From Eledone cirrhosa (Eukaryota), in contig OZ024743.1 in NCBI GenBank assembly GCA_964016885.1, forward strand, positions 83,514,001 to 83,578,000: a DNA stretch of 64,000 bases, written 5' to 3'. This document shows positions 10,640 to 20,500 of this stretch, one piece after another. Position numbers and translations under genes: made by a program. How positions within the stretch are numbered: the stretch's first letter is position 1; each line of letters opens with the position of its first letter. The notes beneath the pieces are model-generated. The model was not told where the DNA came from. It did not search any database and saw only the letters and a list, made by a program, of their open reading frames with translations.

Positions 10640-11940
10640 AGTATTTAAAATACAGAGAAAAATATGGGGTGAAAAGAAGAATTTCAACCTAGATGCAGTG
10701 TGGCTAAAAGAAATCCAAAAGAACTATTGCTCTTACACTACAACAAAACATACGAAATAAATGAGGATACCGAGACATGATTGTCGGCTACTGGTACAAA
10801 AAACTGATATTCTACCGGATGCATCTTCCCGACCTCTACCAACAAGTTCCCAACGGAGATACACATATACCAAAATGGTTGGCATTAACACAAACAATAC
10901 TGGTCCCCAAGAACAAAGACACCCACTTGGCAAAAAACTACCGACCCATTGCATGCCAGAACCTGATGTATAAGATGTATACAGCCTACCTGAACCTATT
11001 CCTCCAAGATCACTGTGAAAATAATAACATCATCACTGATGAACAAGCAGCTGGAAAGAAAGATGCTTGGGGGTGTGTTGAACAACTCCTAATCAACAAA
11101 ACCGTGATGCAACAACTTTGGAGGAATATGGCTACAGTCTGGCTGGACTACAGGAAAGCTTTTGATTCTGTTCCCTACTCTTGGATGATAGAAGCCCTCC
11201 AACTTGTTAAAGTCCCAGACATTATTATCAGAGCCATAGAGAAGGTGTCTTCTTGGGCTACTATTCTAAAGTTAAAAACAGAGGAGGACTCTATTTTCAC
11301 TGATAAAATAGAATATCACAGGGGTATATTTCAAGGAGACAGTCTCTCTGTGATACTATTTATCCTGTCATAATGTGAGGTAAATGTGAGGGATACATCA
11401 TTGGCTCACAGGAGGAAATACGAACTTAACTCATAATGTCTTTGTGGATGACAAGAAACTCTATGCCAAGAACATAGATGGGTTGAAGAAAAATCTTGAC
11501 CTGGTTACAACGAAGGATATATGGATGGAGTTTGGCCAAGATAAATGTTCATATATGATTGCAAAGCGGGGAAAAACTGCAACCCAATCTAACATTTTTA
11601 TCAATGGCCTAACTGTTTCGCCGATATCTGACGAGGACTGCTACAGATAGCTGGGGATAGATAGATGAGAATATATCCTATAATGGTATTTGTAATAAGG
11701 AACGCGTAACTAGGTAATATTACATCCGATTAAGTGTTTGCTGTGCCTGTCCTAACACCAACGTTTGGAATACTCGATTGGACGATAGATGAAATCCGAG
11801 CTATTGATGTTAAAACTCGAAAATGTCTAAACAGCACCGGAAACTTCCCCATCAACAGTGACATAGACCGCCTCTACTTGAAACGTAAGCAAAGGCCTAA
11901 CATCAGTCCAGGCTTCATTTGAATGCCGCATCATATCCCT
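10640..11940 (+). pseudogene. R4/Dong-type (R2 group) non-LTR retrotransposon reverse transcriptase, decayed
   Basis: PK...NYRPIAC, WLDYRKAFDSVP, GIFQGDSLS, FVDD.KLYAK, MEFGQDKC, FAVPVLTPTFGILDW, DRLYLKR across frameshifts and stops. Confidence 0.88.
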
Positions 11941-11942
11941 CC

Positions 11943-12733
11943 GAGGAGGAGTATAAGAAGGAAGGATTAGAGAGGAGGAGAAAATGAGTGAGAGAGAGAG
12001 AGAGAGAGATAACCTTTAATACTGATAAATACTGTCTCACAGAGAGAAATTAAAAAAAACCGTTGTAAGATAATACATAATTAAAAAAAAAATTAAGAAA
12101 TTAAAAGTTAATGAGGTTTATGAATGGTGATGCTTATGATTAAAGAAAAAGGAATTAAGAATACTATTTATTTAAGGTTTATATATTGAAGGGTTTAATA
12201 ATATGTGCGAAAAGGAATTTATTAAAATGTATTATTAAAATTAAATATATTAAGAAGATAAGGTGAATGAAGATAAGGTTAAATGAATTATGAACTTTGA
12301 GGAATTAATTAGGGTCCATCCTCTCATCCTTCCTTCTTATACTCCTCCTCCGTCATCCTTTCCTTATTATTATATATTTTTTCTTATTATATTCTTTCTT
12401 CCTCTTCCTTACCTTTTCCTTCCCCCCTTCATTTCCTTTTTTTCCCAATCTCATATATCCATCTTATTTTATTTTTCATATGTTGATTTAACACTTCACT
12501 GCTCGCAAGTGTTTTTTAAGCTTCATATCATGTCTCCCTATTTTATCTGATGAGAACGCAAATATCATCCCATGATGATATTTGTTTTTGAAATGCGCAT
12601 AATAAAATACATGGAGCTCTTTTAACCATCTTTTGATTTTATATTATTTATACTCCAGTCCTAAAAACTGTTGAGTGCTACTTATCCGATATTTGCATTG
12701 CTTTATTGTGCTACAATAAAACTCACCTCCTAC

Positions 12734-12735
<2 letters not shown>
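11943..12735 (+). mobile_element. Penelope-like 3' tail with a 5' inversion, interrupting the R4-type LINE
   Basis: 30-bp inverted repeat 11943-11972 / 12321-12350; strand composition flips from purine-rich to pyrimidine-rich; contains an HHR; ends in (TA)n. Confidence 0.6.
12539..12609 (+). ncRNA. Type I hammerhead ribozyme motif
   Basis: Stem I tattttat/ataaaata, CTGATGA (12547-12553), long stem II gcaaatatcatc-ccat-gatgatatttgt, GAAA (12590-12593), palindromic stem III tgcgca, AUA triplet (predicted cut after 12601). Confidence 0.85.
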
Positions 12736-12797
<62 letters not shown>

Positions 12798-12820
12798 AAA
12801 AGACTAAAAATATTTACTCT

Positions 12821-14971
12821 ATGGACTATATTGCCTACCGTAATTTTATTTATAAGGAGCTATATAAAAATTACAAAAAAACAACGCAGGGTAATTTGGA
12901 TCAAATTAATAATGAGGGCCTCAAGATAGTTTCGAATCTGGGTCTGGATAAATATACCCAACCATATTACCCTAGAGAACCGAGATTCACACTTAAGGAT
13001 CATAAGGTAGACTTTTTAAGTAATCCTGCAGTTAGACTTATCAGTCCTTCTAAGTCTGATATAGCTGTAATTAGTAAAAAAAATATTGACCAGATTATTC
13101 CTACCGTTAGGGACAAGGTTCATTTTAATCTATGGGGGAATACTATGGATGTTATTAATTGGTTCTCTAGTATTAATAAGCGTAAGTCTAGTAGGTTTAT
13201 CCAGTTTGATATCGACGCCTATTACACGTCGATTTCACCTATCCTCCTCAATAAAGCCTTAATTATGGCCATGCGAATGTCTAGTCTTACGCAACCCCAG
13301 ATTGATGTTATGTTAGCGGCCCGTAGGACTATCATCAAATTCGAGGATACTCTTTGGACGCGTAAGAATACACCCAATAACTTTGACGTTACCATGGGTT
13401 CGAGTGATTCTGCACAGGTGACTGATCTTGTTGGGCTGTACCTCTTAAACGAGCTTTATGTTAGCTTTCCGCACCTTAAAGGTGGACTTTATCGTGATGA
13501 TGCATTATTTGTGATAAACTCTAGTACTAATAGCATTGAACATAATAGGAAGAAATTATATAAGTTCTTTAAAAATGTTAACCTTTCGATCACGATTGAT
13601 AAGAACGATAGGGTATTTAATTTTTTGGATGTAACATTAGACTTAGTTACTAATAATTATAAACCCTTCCACAAGCCCAATGAAACACTCTCTTACGTCA
13701 ATCCTAATTCCAACCACCCTAAATCTATGATTAATTCTATTATTAACGGTGTATCCACCAGAGTCTCCACACTCTCTAAAGATATAGGAATCTTTAATTC
13801 GCATGCTGAGTATTATAATAATGCCCTAGCTAACTCTGGTTACTCTGTTAGGCTACATTATAAAGATGACAACCTAGAAACGACTCCGATTACCCATAGT
13901 AACGTGATATCCCACAATATGGCCTTTAATGGGGGTAGAAAACATAGGAATTATAGAAATTCTATAGATAAATCTAAACCGCACCCTACGAATAACAACC
14001 GCAATAGTAATTATAATAGTGTGTCTAATGGTACACATTGTGAGCTTAGTTGTAATGGACAGGATAGATGCTCTGAACGTACACCCAGTGGTAATGTTTT
14101 AGCGGTTTCTAATAGTGTTAATTCAATTGGTCCGGACATTAACCCTGATCCTATAGATAAGATACGTGATAGAAATAGTATAGGTAAGAATAGGAGGAGG
14201 CTTAACACCTACTTTAACCCTCCTTATAATTATGATGTACTAACTAATATCCCTAGGTCTTTCTTTTCTATTTTAGAGAAAAATTTCCCTCCTGCTAATA
14301 AATGTCATAGTATCTTCAATAAGAATGTTATTAAACTCTCCTTTTCTACTACCCCTAACATTAGTTCACATCTTGCTAGAACTAATAATAAGAAAATTAG
14401 GGACAGCTACTGCTCTTTAATTACCACTAATTTAGATAGTTCTATTAATAATGTACCACCAGAGCAGGACTTGTTATATAATAACCCTAGGAATAATACT
14501 TCGCGTAATGAGCTAATCAATAATACCCGTAAGTGTAACTGTAGAAGAAGTAATAGCTGCCCTTTAAATGGTTACTGCCTCTCTAGAAATATTGTCTATG
14601 CATGCGATGTTAGGACTAATTCTTCTTGTAAGACATATATAGGCTCCACATCTAATACATTTAAAACGAGATTTAATTCGCATGTATCTAACTTTAAGCA
14701 TATCAAATTAAAAAACTCTACTTCTCTGGCGCATCATATTTGGGATTTAAAAGGGACTGGTATACTGTACAGTCTCCATTGGCGTATTATAGCCCATTCT
14801 AACCGCTATTCCACCCAAGCTAAATTCTGTAATCTTTGCATTTTAGAGACCCATAGTATAATTTTCTCTAAGAACGTATTGCTTAATAGAAAATCGGAAA
14901 TCTTTTCTTCCTGTCCACATGCTATCTCTAATTCCTTCTTCTATTATAAACCTAAAAGCTCAGGTAGTTGA
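12821..14971 (+). CDS. Penelope-like reverse transcriptase / GIY-YIG endonuclease (N-terminally truncated; first ATG at 12821)
   Basis: PRFTLKDHK, VRLISP, FIQFDIDAYY, FDVTMGS, LYRDD, FLDVTL, SNHP, FNPPY, CNCRRSNSCPL, NIVY..YIGST..R, CNLC..E, LNRKSEI..CPH; no internal stops; the ORF track's extension from 12671 through (TA)n is an artefact. Confidence 0.92.
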   Translation: MDYIAYRNFIYKELYKNYKKTTQGNLDQINNEGLKIVSNLGLDKYTQPYYPREPRFTLKDHKVDFLSNPAVRLISPSKSDIAVISKKNIDQIIPTVRDKVHFNLWGNTMDVINWFSSINKRKSSRFIQFDIDAYYTSISPILLNKALIMAMRMSSLTQPQIDVMLAARRTIIKFEDTLWTRKNTPNNFDVTMGSSDSAQVTDLVGLYLLNELYVSFPHLKGGLYRDDALFVINSSTNSIEHNRKKLYKFFKNVNLSITIDKNDRVFNFLDVTLDLVTNNYKPFHKPNETLSYVNPNSNHPKSMINSIINGVSTRVSTLSKDIGIFNSHAEYYNNALANSGYSVRLHYKDDNLETTPITHSNVISHNMAFNGGRKHRNYRNSIDKSKPHPTNNNRNSNYNSVSNGTHCELSCNGQDRCSERTPSGNVLAVSNSVNSIGPDINPDPIDKIRDRNSIGKNRRRLNTYFNPPYNYDVLTNIPRSFFSILEKNFPPANKCHSIFNKNVIKLSFSTTPNISSHLARTNNKKIRDSYCSLITTNLDSSINNVPPEQDLLYNNPRNNTSRNELINNTRKCNCRRSNSCPLNGYCLSRNIVYACDVRTNSSCKTYIGSTSNTFKTRFNSHVSNFKHIKLKNSTSLAHHIWDLKGTGILYSLHWRIIAHSNRYSTQAKFCNLCILETHSIIFSKNVLLNRKSEIFSSCPHAISNSFFYYKPKSSGS

Positions 14972-15899
14972 ATTTTTTGGAATCACACCTTCCTACTCTG
15001 GTTTGGACGTCTTATCTAGATATCTTTTATATTTTATATTTTTTATTTTTATTTTTATTCTTATTTTTATTACTATTAGTCTTCTACGGTTTATTGATTT
15101 TAGTTTTCTAGTTCTTTTAGCTGTTTTAGCCTATTGTCCATTATTATATTTTTACTCATCCTTTGTCGACTTATATATTTCCATCTTTATATTCATCCTT
15201 GGTTGGAGTGTATCTTATTACCTCCTTGAATAGCTAATAGTTTAATTTTAGTCTTCTACATCTACAGCTAATGAACCTTATTCTTTCTACACTTAATCTT
15301 CGCCTTATTGAATATATATATTATACTTTTATGTTCCTTCTTGTCCTCCATAGTTTTACTTCTTTCTGTTCCCATTTGTCTACCATAGTTTTAATTATAA
15401 TTTTTACTTTAGATAACGTCAGTCGTCGCAACGGAAATCAATATATCTTAGATGATTGTATTAGCTTATTTATTGAAATATCTTGATCTCTAGCGGCATG
15501 GTGACTTAAATTTTATCCCATATGGAGTGCCCCATAATGTTTATTCAACTATTATACGATTAATTAAATTAATAAGGGTTTCAATTCAATTTTTTGATTT
15601 TGAATAGTTGTATCTTTTATTTTCACCTAACAGTCTGTTGCGCCTACGCGATTTTGTGTTTGTGTTTGTTTTTTGTTTTCGTTTTGTTTTGCTGTCTTAG
15701 GCTTTACTTCTGTCTGTCGTTCCTATCTTCTGTCACTTATGTCCATGAATATAGTGTGTAAAAATATTTTTAATACTTTCTCCCTTGCTATTGTGTGTCT
15801 GCTATTGAAATATTAATATGTAATATTATATGTATTGAAATATTGATAAGTAATATTATATGTTTTTGAATTGCCTATATCTCCGTATATTTATTGTCT

Positions 15900-15931
<32 letters not shown>

Positions 15932-16524
15932 CACCATACTTTATTGTATTGTATGGTATTATTATTATTGTTTTACCCTGTGGAATACATTATGTTTTTA
16001 TACACGTTATGTTGAATGTGTATGGTACGTAGGATGTATTTATATATTTTTTAATGTCAATATATTATTTTCATTAATTTTAGTATTGTTTAATCACACC
16101 GTCTGGGTGATTATTCTATTATAATGCTTATATTTATATATTTGTGTTAATATACGTATGTGTAAATGTGTATATGCGTGTGTATATATATGTGTCGGAG
16201 TGCGTGTAGATATATATATATATTAAATTTTTATTTCTGTATTATGTATTGCATTGTATTATATATTATATTATAATTTTTATATCTTATTTCTCGTATT
16301 ATATTACTATGTTGTATTTCAAGTATTAGACTTATATTGTACTTTTAACGTGGGTTTGTTTAATGTTTGCTTGCTCTCTTGCCCTATAGTCTTTATTTAC
16401 AAATGCACCCCATTAGGTTTAACTTGTCCTTCCAAGACAATTTTCCTGAATTTTCCTTAATATCCATTCACTATTCTTCTGAATTTTGGCTTGTTCTAGC
16501 CGATGATATTTCTAGTCCTTTTCC

Positions 16525-16569
16525 TTGCTCTGATGAGTCCTAATTAATGGGACGAAACATTGTCAGCAA
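16525..16569 (+). ncRNA. Minimal type I hammerhead ribozyme of the Penelope-like pLTR
   Basis: ttgct CTGATGA gtcc-taattaatg-ggac GAAA cattg TC agcaa; canonical GUC triplet (predicted cut after 16564). Confidence 0.9.
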
Positions 16570-16739
16570 TTAAAGATTTTTAAGCTATTAAGGCTTCTTT
16601 GTTAATTTTTATATACATTTTTTCGGCTCTGTTTGATAGCATTGAGCTATATCTTATACTGTCATTTCTCTAATACGACGAGTGTGTTTAACTCTAACGC
16701 ACTCAAGTATTTGTATCTTATAAATATATATATATATAT

Positions 16740-16853
16740 ATAGGAACCAGTAAGACCCCGACAGCTGAGCTCAAGCCGTTTCGACGGCTAATTTCCAGAA
16801 ATTAGCCGTCGAAACGGCTTGAGCTCAGCTGTCGGGGTCTTACTGGTTCCTAT
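16740..16853. repeat. Perfect palindrome (56-bp arms, 2-nt loop) centred on a hammerhead stem II
   Basis: ...gtttcgacggctaatttc-ca-gaaattagccgtcGAAAcggct-tgagctc-agctgTCggggtc... Confidence 0.95.
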
Positions 16854-16929
16854 TACCCACTCTACTACCTCAAGTATTGAGTACTTTGGTGCGTTATGGT
16901 CCACCTGGTTCCTTACCACATTTCCTTCG

Positions 16930-16930
<1 letters not shown>

Positions 16931-16984
<54 letters not shown>

Positions 16985-17009
16985 TATGTATGTTATGTGT
17001 GACATATGC

Positions 17010-17043
<34 letters not shown>

Positions 17044-17107
17044 CTGTGCGTGTGTGTGTACATATATATATGTGTATATATATGTATATGTGTATATATA
17101 TATATAA

Positions 17108-17155
<48 letters not shown>

Positions 17156-17163
17156 GTATGTGT
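16931..17163. repeat. Compound (TA)n/(TG)n microsatellite
   Basis: Direct reading. Confidence 0.97.
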
Positions 17164-17505
17164 GACCAAACCGATCCGAAGATATTAAACAAGTTTGAAA
17201 AATGTTTTAATGAAAAGCTAGCACAATATAGACCAGCAACAACATAATCGAATATGGTGAATAAATTATATTTAGTGACAGAAGAAAGGTGGACATGGAG
17301 GCCGTTGGGAATCGAACTGTGCATCTGGTGTATGGCGGATTACTGTGATAACTATTATTGGAATGATTATAACCGCCGTCAAGCCCTTTGAATTGTAGGT
17401 AATATAAATAATTTTTGCTGGCTCACTCGATTAACGTTGAGTAAAATAATATCTTCTTGTCGTATGACAGATGCACAATAGTTAGAGAGGCAGGTTGAGG
17501 TTACT

Positions 17506-20500
17506 GAGACAGACTAAGGTGTGACAATAGAGAGACAGACTAAGGTGTGACAATAGAGAGACAGACTAAGGTGTGACAATAGAGAGACAGACTAGCGTGT
17601 GACAATAGAGAGGGACAGACTAAGGTGTGACAATAGAGAGGGACAGACTAAGGTGTGACAATAGAGAGACAGACTAAGGTGTGATAATAGAGAGACAGAC
17701 TAGGGTGTGACAATAGAGAGACAGACTAAGGTGTGACAATAGAGAGGGACAGACTAAGGTGTAATAATGGAGAGACAGACCAGGGTGTGACAATATAGAG
17801 AGACAGACTATGGTGTGACAATAAAGAGGGACAGACTAGGGTGTGACAATAGAGAGACAGACTAAGGTGTGACAATAGAGAGAAAGACTAGGGTGTGACA
17901 ATAGAGAGACAGACTAAGGTGTGACAATAGAAAGGGACAGAATAAGGTGTGAAAATAGAGAGACAGACTAGGGTGTGACAATATAGAGAGACAGACTAAG
18001 GTGTGACAATAGAGAGACAGACTAAGGTGTGACAATAGAGAGACAGACTAAGGTGTGACAATAGAGAGACAGACTAGGGTGTGACAATAGAGAGACAGAC
18101 TAAGGTGTGACAATAGAGAGACAGACTAAGGTGTGACAATAGAAAGGGACAGAATAAGGTGTGACAATAGAGAGACAGACTAGGTTGTGACAATATAGAG
18201 ACAGACTAAGGTGTGAGAATAGAGAGACAGACTAGGGTGTAACATTAGAGAGACAGACTAAGGTGTGACAATAGAGAGACATACTAAGGTGTGACAATAG
18301 ACAGACAGACTAAGGTGAGACAATAGAGAGAGACAGACTAAGGTGTGACAATAGAGAGACAGACTAGGGTGTGACAATAGAGAGACAGACTAAGGTGTGA
18401 CAATATAGAGACAGACTAGAGTGTGACAATATAGAGAGACAGACTAAGGTGTGACAATAGAGAGACAGACTAGGGTGTGACAATAGAGAGGGACAGACTA
18501 AGGTGTGATAATAGAGAGACAGACTAGGGTGTGACAATAGAGAGACAGACTAGGGTGTGAAAATATAGAGAGACAGACTAAGGTGTGACAATAGAGAGAC
18601 AGACTAGGGTGTGACAATAGAGAGGGACAGACTAAGGTGTGATAATAGAGAGACAGACTAGGGTGTGACAATAAAGAGACAGAGTAAGGTGTGACAAGAG
18701 AGAGACAGACTAAGGTGTGACAATAGAGAGGGACAGACTAAGGTGTGATAATAGGGAGACAGACTAGGGTGTGACAATATAGAGAGACAGACTAAGGTGT
18801 GACAATAGAGAGACAGACTAGGGTGTTACAATAGAGAGACAGACTGAGGTGTGACAATAGAGAGACAGACTAAGGTGTGACAATATAGAGAGACAGAATA
18901 AGGTGTGACAATAGAGAGACAGACTAAGGTGTGACAATAGAGAGACAGACTAAGGTGTGACAATAGAGAGACAGACTAGGGTGTGACAATAGAGAGGGAC
19001 AGACTAAGGTGTGACAATAGAGAGAGACAGACTAAGGTGTGACAATAGAGAGGGACAGACTAAGGTGTGACAATAGAGAGACAGACTAAGGTGTGATAAT
19101 AGAGAGACAGACTAGGGTGTGACAATAGAGAGACAGACTAAGGTGTGACAAGAGAGAGACAGACTAAGGTGTGACAATAGAGAGGGACAGACTAAGGTGT
19201 AATAATAGAGACAGACTAGGGTGTGACAATATAGAGAGACAGACTAAGGTGTGACAATAGAGAGACAGACTAAGGTGTGACAATAGAGAGACAGACTAAG
19301 GTGTGACAATAGAGAGACAGACTAGGGTGTGACAATAGAGAGACAGACTAAGGTGTGACAATAGAGAGACAGACTAAGGTGTGACAATAGAAAGGGACAG
19401 AATAAGGTGTGACAATAGAGAGACAGACTAGGTTGTGACAATATAGAAACAGACTAAGGTGTGACAATAGAGAGACAGACTAGGGTGTGACATTAGAGAG
19501 ACAGACTAAGGTGTGACAATAGAGAGATATATTAAGGTGTGACAATAGACAGACAGACTAAGGTGTGACAATAGAGAGAGACAGACTAAGGTGTGACAAT
19601 AGAGAGACAGACTAGGGTGTGACAATAGAGAGACAGACTAAGGTGTGACAATATAGAGACAGACTAAGCTGTGACAATAGAGAGGGACAGCATAAGGTGT
19701 GACGATAGAGAGGGACAGCCTAAGGTGTGACAATAGAGAGGGACAGACTAAGGTGTGACAATAGAGAGACAGACTAAGGTGTTACAATAGAGAGACAAAC
19801 TAGGGTGTGACAATAGAGAGACAGACTAAGGTGTGAGAAGAGAGAGACAGACTAGGGTGTGACAATAGAGAGGGACAGACTAAGGTGTGATAATAGAGAG
19901 ACAGACTAGGGTGTGACAATAGAGAGACAGACTAGGGTGTGAAAATATAGAGAGACAGACTAAGGTGTGACAATAGAGAGACAGACTAGGGTGTGACAAT
20001 AGAGAGGGACAGACTAAGGTGTGATAATAGAGAGACAGACTAGGGTGTGACAATAGAGAGACAGACTAAGGTGTGACAAGAGAGAGACAGACTAAGGTGT
20101 GACAATAGAGAGGGACAGACTAAGGTGTGATAATAGAGAGACAGACTAGGGTGTGACAATATAGAGAGACAGTCTAAGGTGTGACAATAGAGAGACAGAC
20201 CAGGGTGTGACAATAGAGAGAGAGACTGAGGTATGACAATAGAGAGACAGACTAAGGTGTGACAATATAGAGAGACAGAACAAGGTGTGACAATAGAGAG
20301 ACAGATTAAGGTGTGACAATAGAGAGACAGACTGAGGTGTGACAAGAGAGAGACAAACTAAGGTGCGACAATCGAGAGACAGAGGAAGGTGTGACAATCC
20401 AGAGACAGACTAAGGTGTGACAATAGAGAGGGACAGACTAAGGTGTGACAATAGAGAGACAGACTAGGTTGTGACAATAGAGAGACAAACTAAGGTGTGA

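Larger units (their letters stand above)
12791..16725 (+). mobile_element. 5'-truncated Penelope-like retroelement, Naiad-like
   Basis: RT + C-terminal GIY-YIG ORF, long T-rich 3' region, HHR near the 3' end, (TA)n on both sides. Confidence 0.88.

Noticed and set aside
12671-12790. N-terminal extension of the 766-aa ORF
   Set aside because: TTG start in an upstream element tail read through (TA)n; no homology before KTKNIY
14969-15320. Selenocysteine read-through of the TGA stop or a SECIS element
   Set aside because: The TGA lies after the conserved C-terminal CPH motif, read-through meets TAG within 16 codons, and no convincing SECIS stem was seen by eye
14919-16460. Hydrophobic ORFs resembling membrane proteins
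   Set aside because: A by-product of T-rich composition in the element's 3' region
17295-17335. tRNA-like 3' end on the minus strand (gttcgattcccaacggcctcca)
   Set aside because: B-box-like only; no acceptor partner, D arm or anticodon arm; at most a SINE remnant
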